The position numbers and the translations under genes were made by a program. Shown in pieces: positions 12,400 to 24,700 of a stretch of DNA of 64,000 nucleotides. Origin of the DNA: Fimbriosthenelais zetlandica. Its lineage: Eukaryota. The first letter of the stretch is position 1; every line of letters starts with the position of its first letter. Under the pieces are notes generated by a model. It saw only the letters and a program-made list of their open reading frames with translations. It ran no database searches and was not told the origin of the DNA. The stretch spans positions 39,122,001 to 39,186,000 of the forward strand of contig OZ365110.1 of NCBI GenBank assembly GCA_977030845.1. Direction: 5' to 3'.

Positions 12400-15031
12400 G
12401 TTTTGATATCATTTCTAACAGCATCCGGTTTTTCTGCCTGTGACTCTATCCACGGCCCCATTCAACCATATCCTAAATGGGAAGGCTCTGGGGAGGAACA
12501 TCAATCCTTAATATCTCAGCTCGGAGATGGGACTTTGTGCAGATGATTGTGACTGGGGCAATGAGTGCCATAAACGTCGCATAGGATGTAATGGTTGACA
12601 GCTTATTTGTAAATGATCATTGCACTTGATGAATTATGACACGCTTAATCCTATGAATCCCCCCAACCTGGCTTGCCAGGGACCGCTTCGCAGTCATTTC
12701 CACCTTGTTGATGATAGGCAAGCCATACAGTTAAATATAGGAAGCTACCCACCTCTCCCTCAACACTAACCAAGGGATGAAAAGGATTTGGTTTAAGACC
12801 GGGATAGAAATAGAGACTGTGAGTGAGCTTGTAATATAAGGTGATTCAAACCCTTCTTAAAGCACAGCTAAATAGAATAAGGGCCGAGGAGTGAAAGCAG
12901 TTTCGGCAAGTCTCCAAGTCATTTGAATCTGTTTTGTGGTTGCTCCCCATTTGAATGCTACATCGATTGGACTTAATTGCAGTTGTCATCGGAGCGTGAG
13001 CTATCTATTCTGCCAAGTTTTCTCTAATCTTCAGACCTAGGACTCGGGCGCGGGTCTTGTTAATGGTCGGAAGCTTATCAGGGAGAGCTATCATTCCATC
13101 AGTTGATCCAATTTTGCTCGTACAGCCTGAGGCTCACATGTCTTCCACCACTTTCCCAATGTTTGTATAGCTGTGTCCCCTGCTAGCTTCCCCCGTATAG
13201 GAATCTTTCCACTCTCCTGAAACTAATATCCCCGACTCTAAAGCCATCTTGGAAGGGGCCTGGATCCACCAGTAGTACAGGCAGTTGGGCATGACATGAT
13301 GGATATATAATTCAGATGAATCATAGAAAGTCTCAAACATGAATGTCTTCAATATGAAGCTGCCCAACATATTTAACTTTTCTGTGAAAAATATATGACA
13401 CTAGGGCAACCTTTTACTGCCATACCTACAGGTCCGTGCAAATTAAAGTGTCCTTTGGAAAAATGAGAGCTTCGTGGCAACCATTCCCATGTGGGCACAA
13501 AGCTGTCAGACTGACTATGTTGTTCACTTTCGTCTTTCATTCTAGCCAGGCAGTTTGGTGAAGGTGGGAGGCGTGAAGACTGTGCGAGAGGGGCTTCTGG
13601 GTATCTCAGCTCTGATATTCCCTTGCTGGCTTCCATAGAAGTACCTTGTCAAAATACCTCATACATAGCACCCCTTCCCCATCCCAACCCTCCGTGGTAA
13701 TGAAATAATGGGGGGAGCCAGCCTTTGCGCAGATCGGATTAGATATCAAATTATCAACATGTCAAGATCTCTGTGGTTGGGACTTGTGAGGCGGGCTCTG
13801 AGCTGCCTTACTGATATGTGCATCCAGGGTCATTTTAATTTCCCCATTCAATGACCCAATATTGCCACCCTGGAGGGGGACGTTTTCACCGTGACCGCCT
13901 CATCGATCACAGGAGGGTTGGCTCCTGAGGGAGTCGTTCTCAGCCTGCTGGATGGCCACCAATGCCTCCCTCCTGAGAAGAATGACTCTTCTTTACTCCT
14001 CCTACTCTTACTATACCCCCCATGACGTGACCAGCTCCCCGGCCCATTCATGACTCAATTCTCAATGGGTGAGCACAAGGACCCATGCTTATCTAAGTCA
14101 GGTGTATTAAACCAATGAGCCAAGTCCCATACATTGTGCACAGCGCATGTTTTCACACAATGCTACCTGTAGACCGGTCAACTTCAACCGACACAACACC
14201 CAAACTCCTCCAAAAGCCCGGATGATCGCCCATGTCCCCTGAAGGGCCGGAGGACCTACTCTGGAGTCTGGGTTGGTGGACTTTGCAAGGGAAATCAATC
14301 GCTGTCAGTGAGGGAGCCCGGCAGCTGGGCACGCGTGGAGGCCATCGATTGCCTATTGCGAGGTGCTGCACTAGCCGTGCTCAGCCTCTTGCTGGCCATC
14401 TTCTCCAGCCCCTCATTCAGCCGCACGAGCCGCTCTACCACTAACTCCTCCGTCAGATGCAGTAGTGGCATTGTGACGCTCAGCACGGCTCCACACATTG
14501 TCAGGCTGGAGCCTTCTCCTCTACCTTCTCCTTGGCTCTTACTCTTTGTGTAGTGTTTAGATCAAAGCAACAGCACACTCTGGACGAGTGGGGCTAGGAC
14601 AACAGCTTTCAGCATGGAAGTAGCTCTTTGGATCATTTTGGTTTACTTTCCGAGCTTTTGGGGCGGTGGTGGTGGATTGAACATCCATAATCAAGGAGGT
14701 AGGTGAATTCCGTTGATCAGCAAACCTTTGCCTCTTCAGAGAAAGTAGTTTGTATAACTGACAATTTCTTGCAGTGGGTGGATCAGGCCGAACGAGCGCC
14801 AACAATTGAGTTAGTGTATTGTCTATAGTGCAGCACAAGTTCTCCAAGGTTAGCATCAATAGGGAATTCAAGAGGTTTCAATGGGCATTGATTGGTGGGA
14901 TAATGAAGTGATCTCTGAGGAATGTAGTTACTTATTGTGAGCCTGGACCTCCTAGACCAGCGCATTGGACTTCTGTATGGTGAACGCTCAATCAGACATC
15001 GATCCATACTATTGCCGACGAGCAATCTCAT
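12400..15031 (-). pseudogene. Degenerate long ORF region of unknown function
   Basis: A chain of minus-strand track ORFs (14783-15031, 14557-14871, 14295-14498, 13848-14051, 13373-13636, 13134-13370). The 13134-13370 frame extends about 150 codons further downstream past three isolated stops. The true frame is ambiguous in places. Confidence 0.33.
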
Positions 15032-18000
15032 CTACGTGTTGGTAATTGGTATTTAGTGTGACAAAACCATGGGAACCAAGAAGACTTTGAATTGCAATTA
15101 CTCTGATTAGTAGAACCAGTCTCCTTACCAAATGAAAGGAGTCCAAGTTGAATGCATGTTTAAATACGCCTCTAGGTAAATATGTAATCAGCGTTTAGGT
15201 GGTTGTACACTATAGCGTAGCCTTTCATCATTGGCTTTTTGCCTGCGTAACATGGAGTAAAAGCAGGGTGTTGTGGCTGGCTGAGCAGTTGCCTATTCAT
15301 CGAGAGTAGCACATCTTTTGAGTGGCACTTGAATCAAGGCTCTGATGCTATCAGTGGCTTTGTATTGCCTTCCAATCCACCCGCTACTCTGTTCACCTCA
15401 TTGTCCTTTTACAGCCTAAGACTGCCCAGTTGAAACAGATGTGTTTGGACCTTTACAAGAGAGAAACTTAAAAAAAAAACAGTAAAAAGAATTTTTTATA
15501 GGTTTATCCAACTGAAGACTGGTAACAAATAATACCTATGAGTATTACAGGCAGGTATCCTGGTTGAGGAAAACACAATTTCCTCATTCAGTGTTAACTC
15601 AAAAATCAAATATTTAGATAAGTTTTAGCTTATCTAATTGACCTTTGGCATTTCCATTTCTCACGTATCTCATTGAATGTCACAATGTCATTTAATCAGA
15701 AACTGATATTCGCTGTTGAATTATTCTAAGATTATTAAACCAGAAATGACTTGGTAATGTTATAGCTGTTTATCTGTGTTATCGAGATATACAGACGGCC
15801 TGAGAGGCTTCCTCCATCTCGATACAGACTTAAGTTTGCCTTTAAGCCTGGTATCTGTTAGCGAGGCTGATTGCTATTCCACGCCACAGACTCTCAACCC
15901 TGGACCTTCAGATCTAGAAAGTGATAGGGACATCTTTGGTAGTCATGAGTGCACCTTCTCCAATTGATCTCCACCGTTTATCCTAACATCTCTCTTCCCT
16001 TAAACCCACACGCCGAAACAGAGGATGCTACGCTTCCAGAATAATCTGACTCGAATGGATAGCCCCCAAATAGGACAAGTCCGTATCGTCTGAATCTACC
16101 GATAATCCCCTCCAGATTCTGTTATATCGAGAAAGAAATGACAGAGCTTGAAGAGAAGGCGCTCAATTTTCCACCCCAGCAGAGCGTACAAGAGCAATAG
16201 GGTAGGAGTATAATTTTAGCGGTTCACTGCCTATTGATTGCCTTTGCCGTTGCTCTCGAAAATCACACTTGCCACTCCTTCTTGCCTCGGCCTTGCCTGT
16301 ATTCAGCACCCATTTGTTGCCATTAGCTCAACCTGTCATTTAATTTGTGCCTAGTGAGATTTATGGTCATTTAAAGCCATGGTTTTCTGTACACTAAGCG
16401 ATTTGTTACAGCTTTCAGACGTTCCATTTACACCTTGTATGTGTCTGAACAAGAGGAGGTTGTGAAGTTTCATTTAGCGAGGAACACAAATTACTCTGCG
16501 CACTAGACATGCCCGGTTGAGTGCTTTGCGAGCTGTCAGAAACGATCGGTTTGATGCCACCTCTTAAACTGATAGCTAGAAAACAGCCCCAGCTAACCAT
16601 GAAAACAGCCAACTTTCAGTCGAGGGGAAAATGTGTTCCAGTCTGTTCCAAATCTGTCTTGAAAAAAAAACTGTGCAAATCCAAGCAAAAGATTGTTGCA
16701 GTTGATGATGTTGGCTGAATCATACCATCAGACAGCTGGGCGATTGATGCTTTGACTACATCCCATGAATAGTGAAAAGGGCATGAGGCAAGGTCATAAA
16801 AATGCCTATTGATTGCCTTTCATGTTGCTCAGAAGGGAAAAATCTGGGAGAGTGATGCAAGTGCAGCACCCAAACGTCTTCTCCCAACGAATGAAAGTTG
16901 TTTGCAACAACTTCCTAATTCCAAATAGGTGATTGCCCGTCAAGGAGACTTTTATCTCTAGGCACAGTGTGGGCACCAGGTAACTATTGCCTTCCCCCTG
17001 TGTTTTCATCCATCATCGCAGCGCTTGCAGAGCTGGTTGTCTAGCTCGGGGATGAGGGCAGAGAAATTAAGAGACATTAATTATGGATCAGGCAGTGGGT
17101 TTGAGCCGTGCACCCCTCAGTGTTGGCATGTCTATATCCTGAGCAGGACTCTAGCTGGAGGGATGCTGATCCGCCTATCATGCAGTGATCCACCTCCTTT
17201 GTCACACCTGCAAGCCCCCCTAACGACACTCTAATTTCATCCCAGTCGCTAATCACTTATCCGAGCCCACTAATATTCACGATTATGCAGATTCCAGGGC
17301 TACGTATTAACATCAGTGGCACCAGGATGTCACAGCTGCCATATGAAAAAAATCATTGGCATTATTTACAGACTTTAATATTTGGCATATATACTTCAAT
17401 AATATAGTTCAGTATAATATATGGTTCAATCAACTGAACGAATTTCATGCATGCCGAGAGAACATCTTGACTATAAGTGCACAAATACATTTTAGTTTGA
17501 AGATCGGGAACAATATTATGACCCCAGTCTAAATCCGGAATCGTGAGTAATATTGTTTCCGTGACAAGGAATGGATCAATTTTTTAGAGATAATATATTC
17601 TTTTCCCATATGGGAAACTAATGCGTTACATTGATCGGTAGATAGTGGCAGATAGGTGGTGAGTGGGGAATATTAGCAGTTGATAAATGGGCGCCCATTG
17701 GGCTAGCTTCTGTCGGTTTTTCCACCGATCAGGCGATCAGTTATGAAACAGTAAGCGGTTCGTACCCAGTGTTGTAAGTAGTTTAGCCGACTGGGAATTT
17801 ATTCCTAGCGAGTCTCTACAGACACATCACGCAACAGCAAACATTTTAAGGCGAAACAAGCGTCCGCCACCTTCTGAGAAGGCCGGTGAAGAGGTCCCAC
17901 TTTGCTGAGTTAAGCAGGTTATTTGTAGCATATGGCGAAGGACCTGATGCTTGAATAACAGGTTTTAAAACCCTGCCATTGGCAGCTGTGTAGTGTTTTA

Positions 18001-18279
18001 AACGAGGAGTTGTATAACTTGGTGAACTAGCAAGCTAAATCAGGCTATAATCAAAGCTCATTTTAAGGTCTGGAGCTCGGTAAAACCTCTCAGGACTGGC
18101 CGTGTTATAACGGGGGTTCCTGATGAGTAGCTTGCTGGTGTTCCATATTCATGACTTTGATAGTCTCCCACCTGAACTGGGCGCCATACGTTAAGTCTTT
18201 AACAATGAATGTCTCTCACACACCACTCTAGGTCGTGTTGAGACAGATTTAGAGGAGACCCTACATTTTCCACTGGGCT

Positions 18280-19493
18280 ATTCCCCGTGGACAGGACCCA
18301 CACGTACGACCCCTTCCTTTTTTTTACCTTCGTTTTCTAGTATCTCTGGCGAGGAGAATGTGCTCACCAGGATGAAACCTGGTGCAACTCATCTATCTGT
18401 CAATTCTCGTGGGAATTCAGACTGTCTCACCAAACGCTGCTCATATGTTTTATTGGCTCTGACGACCTTTTCGACCAGGGTACAGGGTTGCTCATAAATA
18501 AAGAGGATTTCCCCAAAATGCTATATTTCCAATTTGGAAAGTCAGTGGTTGCAGAAACACATATTACCAATAAGTGCTCATAGGTGACCTCCGATTCAGA
18601 AGCAAATGGCCAAAATGTTCATCATAATTATATATGACATCAATTCTCCAATCCAGCCCCAGTTGAATATGTATCGGCAAACCTCTTATTCAATATTGTC
18701 TACTTTCATTGAGAAATGCAAGGATATAAGAATGGATAAAAATGATCAGGAAGACAAAAATGCAGACGTTGCATTGTTGGCCACCCTGTGTACAGTTCAT
18801 ACCGGAACCTGTAATAGTGCAATTTCACAGGGGAGAGTTCCTTCCTATATCCTTTGTGGGTCTATGTATGGTCCCAGATTAATAAGAACCTCCCTCTGTC
18901 GTAAGGCATTGCTCTCCGCAGTTGACCCCATCCATTGAAAGCGAAGGTCAGAAGACAACGGAAGTCCTCAGTCCGCCATTGTAATAAAAGTTAGTGCTCC
19001 TGCCGGTCCCTTCAATCATAGGCAGTCCCCAGACTCCGAGGGCCCCCTGGTAATTTTACTACAGAGCAGATCACTTTGACTCAGTTCAGGTTCTAAGGTG
19101 TAATCAATTGTGATGAATTCTTCCCTTCGATTGTTGGCAGGGCTTATCGGTGTTGGCGACCAAGGACATAAACAAAAGGAGCGGGACGAATGGGCTTTAA
19201 ACGTCAAATGTTCACACGTGGTAGAAATGGACTGGACATGAAACACCACAGTGTGAAGTAGTAAACAAAGTCTTCATTTGGTACAAACAGTCGGGTTTGC
19301 TTTTTCATGAAGCTGATCTATGCACTGAGTTCACAATGCAGCACGCACCAACACGTTTCAAGGCTTGCGCAGTAAGGCGTTTCATATGGAACCAGTTTTC
19401 ATCAGGTGAAAATAGTAAAAAGCAACATTTGCAGGACATCATCCTGTGTTGACAGATGCTACACACTAGGTATTTTAAACAATTAGTTCTCAA
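18280..19493. pseudogene. Degenerate coding-like region, strand ambiguous
   Basis: Both strands give protein-like text. Minus: ...LQVPV*TVHRVANNATSAFLSS*SFLSILISLHF...KVVRANKTYEQRLVRQSEFPREL. Plus: ...WEFRLSHQTLLICFIGSDDLFDQGTGLLINKEDFPKMLYFQFGKSVVAETH. Confidence 0.25.
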
Positions 19494-20404
19494 TTACACT
19501 CTAACCTGGGCTAATATCTATAGGGTCATATTAGGCTAATTGGCCGCATTACCTGACGACCACATGTCTGTCATGTCTCCCGGGTTATAGCACTAGGCCT
19601 ATATGGTTGAGTGGCAATCACCCACAGCATATATCTATACCAGGGATCCACTTAATAAAATATATGCTCTAATGCCTGGACTCCACGAATGGGATAAACT
19701 GATTAAGTGACAAGCTGAAATATTAGAAGGGTAGCGATTAAAAATGATATCGCTTTTGAAACTGATGTAGAGGTGATTTAGCAAACTTCAGGTGATACCT
19801 AAAGCTGGTACCCCATTGCCGCGATATTGCTAGCGATATTACTGCGAAAATGTTGATGCCTGTGTCCCAATAGAATTTATAAATTGTGGTCCAAGTGTCC
19901 AAGGCCTTAAGGCCATCCTCCACTGGCACATTTTTTATTGGTACTCAAGCATTACCCTAGATTCCCGTAACCATGATTGTTTTCTTCCTATGGGATAGAC
20001 AAATAAAAGACATGCAATATTGTCATGACAATATTTTATCGATTAAATGCCATTCAGAAACACTTCTTAAATACCTATAAATCATTTGGAAAATTACGCC
20101 ATGAATGTTTCAATTAGAAAGTTCAATTGCTTTCTGCACGTTTTGGACGAAATTGCAGCAAATAAACTAATTGGTTTTCAAACCAAATGGAGTCCTTCCA
20201 AATGAGGAACACACCAATCGATCCTAGAATTAACATCGATCTTAAGAGCAAGAACACTATAGCATACAACGTATATTATAGTTTGAGCAGAATGATCCCT
20301 TTTTACAACTAAAGCTCGAATATTATATATTAAAAAGTACGTTTGAGCTGAGGCTCGGCTGAGTTTGAAAACCAAATAAAAACCTTAACCCTGAACAGTT
20401 CTGC

Positions 20405-21076
20405 ATGGGAGAAACATTGATAAAAACACAAACACAAAATAGTTCTGACAAAAAACACCTACCTCTAGCAAACGTTGCTTTTGATGAGGACCCACATAAA
20501 GGCGGCCTGGTTGACAGAGACATCATAGAGTCGATGGCTTTTACTCCACTCCAGTATAGAGGCAGGTCCAGCCTAATCAAATGAGTAAAGGATACGGTCA
20601 ATTTTCTATTGGATTACACTGTCCCATGCCATTACACTGATTGGAGACTAGCAGTTTGTACCGACATGAGGTGAGCTGTATTTATTAGCCAGCCTATTCT
20701 GGCACACAATGGAGCTGCTCTTATGAAAAATGCGAGCTTTTCATCTGAAATTGGCCTCGCGAGGGTCATTGAGGGGTATCGATTATGTCTTTGCCTCTGC
20801 CTGATGTTGGACTGTTGTAAGCATGCCCGGCTGGCTGAATGTTATATCATGTTACGGATGATGTGTGCTTGACATTGCTCCCAGCTTCCCTCATACATTC
20901 TGCCAAAGAAATTGCATGTGTCTTCGGAAAACATTGCTTCGTGAGATGGATGACAGCTCCAGAAGCCATATGATGAACTTCTTTGATAGCAGCTGCCATT
21001 GTGCGTATCCGATACAATACAAGAAAAGATATATTTCATACATTATTTACAATCTGTTATCTTTAGCTCAGCCTAG
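20405..21076 (+). pseudogene. Degenerate intron-less ORF of unknown function
   Basis: ATG at 20405. Only two TGA stops (20582, 20672) in the first 155 codons: HLPLANVAFDEDPHKGGLVDRDIIESMAFTPLQYRGRSSLIK*VKDTVNFLLDYTVPCHYTDWRLAVCTDMR*AVFISQPILAHNGAALMKNASF... Confidence 0.4.
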
Positions 21077-21749
21077 GGGCTTGAATATGTTTTATATTTT
21101 GATAGATTCTAGCTATATCTAGCTGATATTTCATGATACAAAGAATAGATTTTAACACCAACATCGCATTGAATCGGTGCTATGGTTTCCGTGGATAGGA
21201 TTTCAAATGTTCTCTGCTTGTGAACATAATTGTAAATATTTCAAAAGGACTCTTTAGCTATACACCAAACATAAGCTTGCCCTGAGGCTATATGACCTAG
21301 ATGAGTGGAAGTGCTTCATACATGGATAAAAGTTGCATGGCTCCCTCCAATAGTCCTTTTAAACGTACATTAAAGCTGAAAGACCATGTCTGCCAGCTAG
21401 CATGCTGCGCATGAAAGGAATTCATAATTCACCATACATCAAGTATGAGAGTATCAAAGTAGGTCTACACACCCTACAAGCATTAGCGCCTTATTGTTGT
21501 CACAGTGTGTATAAATGGTCTATCAAGAAGCGAAGATTGCGTAATCAGGTATATGCATGATTCATATCTGTAGTAGAGATCTAGGCTGTATACCTGCTTA
21601 TAGGCTATCCATCAGACTAATTGAGACTTTACCTGCAAGGTTCAATACTGGCTTCGCCGTCTCCCTCATATAGAAGACTCAAGGTTGGATTTAGAGATTG
21701 GTGAGAGCGCTTAGAATAGCTGGAATAATTAAAGAGAGTGCAAAACCTT

Positions 21750-24700
21750 GGCTGAAAAAGATAGCTAGCAAAGACAATAGACTACAAAGATATAGAAGGG
21801 AAGTGAAGCAAAAAGGATAGAGCGAACCACAAAGAAACACTCGCCAACAGCTACAACTGCCAAGCCATTCTATGATTGGGTAGCTCCACTATATATAGGG
21901 GGGTTTCTTTCATGGCAGTATTCGGCATGCGATAGGAGGCACCTTGGAGCTGCACACTTGCGACAACGACAAAAATTGCAAGGAGTGAAAACCCAAGTGG
22001 AGCTTGCCTATCATGTGCACATTGTAATAGCATCAACTACCAGGGCACCAAGTGGAGCTAGAAAATAGCAACATTGGGACTTTGCAAGAATCGTAATGCA
22101 AAAATTACTAGCGAAGTTACCCCTATCAGGTAACCACATGAAGGGAACATTAATGGCATTTTTCATGGCGATTTCACCTTTAGAGTCCACTAATTTATCC
22201 CCGATGAGAAGCTTATTCAATAGGCAGACTAAATGGCGACACACGAACGCATTCCCCTGTTGCAGGTGCATGTTAGAAAAGTGCCAACCAGACACTCTGA
22301 CGACCTTACTCCATTTTAAATTCTCAAACAAAAAAGTCATTTGCACTTGAGCGCTGTGTATGTTTTAATACTTGATGAAAGATCTATCGAACCTCAATTC
22401 TCAAATGTACCCATGAACCGGCTGGGGCCAGACATGGATGAGGCTTTGGGAGATTCCGGGTCACGCGAGACCATCATGATACAGAACTGTTATTCGATGA
22501 AAATTTCGTCGATCGATTTTTCTAGTGCAAATATTTTTTTAGGACGGGCAAACGTTCATTATACACATTTAATCAATCATTCATACCTATGGCACCTCAG
22601 CATCAGCATTGGTTGCTTGAGATGCATCTTGAGTTCGTGATATTTCACCCCGGGGGTGTGAGGGCCATCGGCATCGGCTCAACGTAGACAGTGTGACCTC
22701 AAAACATGGCTGACAATTTATTCGGGCATATGCATTGTGAGAAACCAAATGGCATGGTTGGTTTAAATTTACAAAAGACCAATAACCAACAACTGTATTG
22801 TAATTAATGTATAACTGCACATGCAATGTTGCATAACCGAAAGTCATTTTTAGACCAAACTTCCGAAGTTACATCTCAATTTGGAAATAGCACAGAGCAA
22901 CATTAAATGTAATTGCTGTGAGAATGGAAATACTGCTCAAGAGTAGGTCTATAGACAGAATGCATCAATTATTACACCGTCCTGAATCCTTTCAAATATA
23001 TCAAGTAATTCGACGTTGCATTTACATTACACTCGAGAACAATATACTTATTGAGGCCTTACCATTCATGGCTGCACCCCTCTTTAAGCAAAGGCTCCCT
23101 TTCCCTTCGCAGCCAGATTTGCCATGACAGTATTCACTTAAATCATCTATAGTGAATGGTCGGCCTTTCTTTACAACTAAAGGCATCTTGGGGTCCGTGG
23201 GTAATGCGTCATATGGCACGACTTCCATCTAAGCTTCAGCTTTAATTTTCCCAAGGTGGCAGGACGTGGTAAATGACCATTATAATGTGGAGATTAAGTC
23301 TGACATAGCTTTTATGTGCCCACAAGCTATACAACCCCAACTCAGACCCAACTATCGGACAAAATGTAGAGGGAAAAGTATTGATACCCCAAATCCCGGG
23401 TCCAACATGAGGCAACATGGTTATCGAAGGCTATCTCAATAAACTCCCCACAGAAGAACTATCAGTATCCATAAGATGATTTTGAATCTTGTCAAGCATA
23501 TGTTACCAGGGGGCTCAGTTCCACGTTATACATCAGTCCAAAGGCTTGCCATTTATGATTAAAGCACATCTTCCTTCAAAGACAAGCCCCAAATTTACGA
23601 TTTTCAGCTTACAAAGTATACCTACATCAGTACAAATTTCACATCTTTTCAGTTTGTCTGTTGCTTTTAGGTTCACGATAACTGCTATAGTACTCGGAAT
23701 TGACCCTGGGATCTCCCAGAATAGATAAGGTATAGCTGTTTTTTTGCCTTGACTCAGTACCTAATACCGTTACCCCGGGCTGACGTCTGCTTCTACAGTC
23801 TAGGATCAATATGTACTGTCTTTTCCTCAGCCTGTGAGATCCAAGTCTACGCCATCTCCCCCGATCTCTAGAGATGACCACCGGTTTGATGCGGGTCGAC
23901 ATAAAAGCCCGCGCTCTGCTGCCCAATCGACCGGCTTCGAAATAATGCCCAGAGTTTTCCTCTTCTTTCTTCTCTTTCTTTTTTCCACGTGTGTGTCGAA
24001 CTAAGCCATCTGCCCACGCTATTTTGTTGATAGACGTATCCTGTGGGATACAGTGTCCAATAACATCTTATACCAAGGGTTGTCAATATGGTCTGTTTGT
24101 CTACATTTCTTCACGTTCACAGGGGGAAACCTTTATCAGACATTTCCATCATATCGTCAGCTCACACACGCTCCTGAATCACAGAACCACCCATCATGTG
24201 CCCTCAGGGCCCAAACTTAGATGCTAATTACATGAAAGCCAATTTCGAGGTAGGGAAAATATTAATTCCCCAATGAGAGACCTCGAGGCTCATAACAGCA
24301 TCGTTATTGTATTTTCCAGTCATGGGAAAACACTGAATTCCTAAGCATGGATCCGGTCCAAGTCCTGAACAGCTGTAGATTAATTTCTAACAAGAACCGC
24401 AGTCAAATCCACATAGCAATTGACTTTCCATTCTCAATTTGCCAGAATCGAAGCCGGCCCATTAGGTTTGCCTATCCAGCTGCGATCATTACTTATTTCG
24501 CTTTCATTCAAACCCCACAGAGTGCTGAGGTTAAAAAAACTTATTTAACAGCATGTGATGAATCCAAGGCATTTAGGCTGGGGAATAAACTACCGGGAAT
24601 CATATTGGCATCGACTCAGTGGGAAACCATTGAATGGCCAGGAGCGAAGTAATTCATTCGTAGAGGGAGAAAACTGGCGGGAGTTATTGGTGAATTACCC

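Noticed and set aside
14107-14298. PHD-finger-like LCENMRCAQCMGL on the minus strand
   Set aside because: The conserved His and the full Cys spacing are absent; too short to support.
17040-17110. tRNA or SINE-like A and B boxes (TAGCTCGG ... GGTTTGAGCC); also GTTCGATTC near 4788
   Set aside because: No cloverleaf can be formed and no second copy was seen.
22155-22520. Plus-strand GIFHGDF ... IDFSSA resembling a kinase catalytic loop and DFG
   Set aside because: The spacing is over 100 aa, there is no catalytic Asn, the frame is stop-rich, and the minus strand is more open here.
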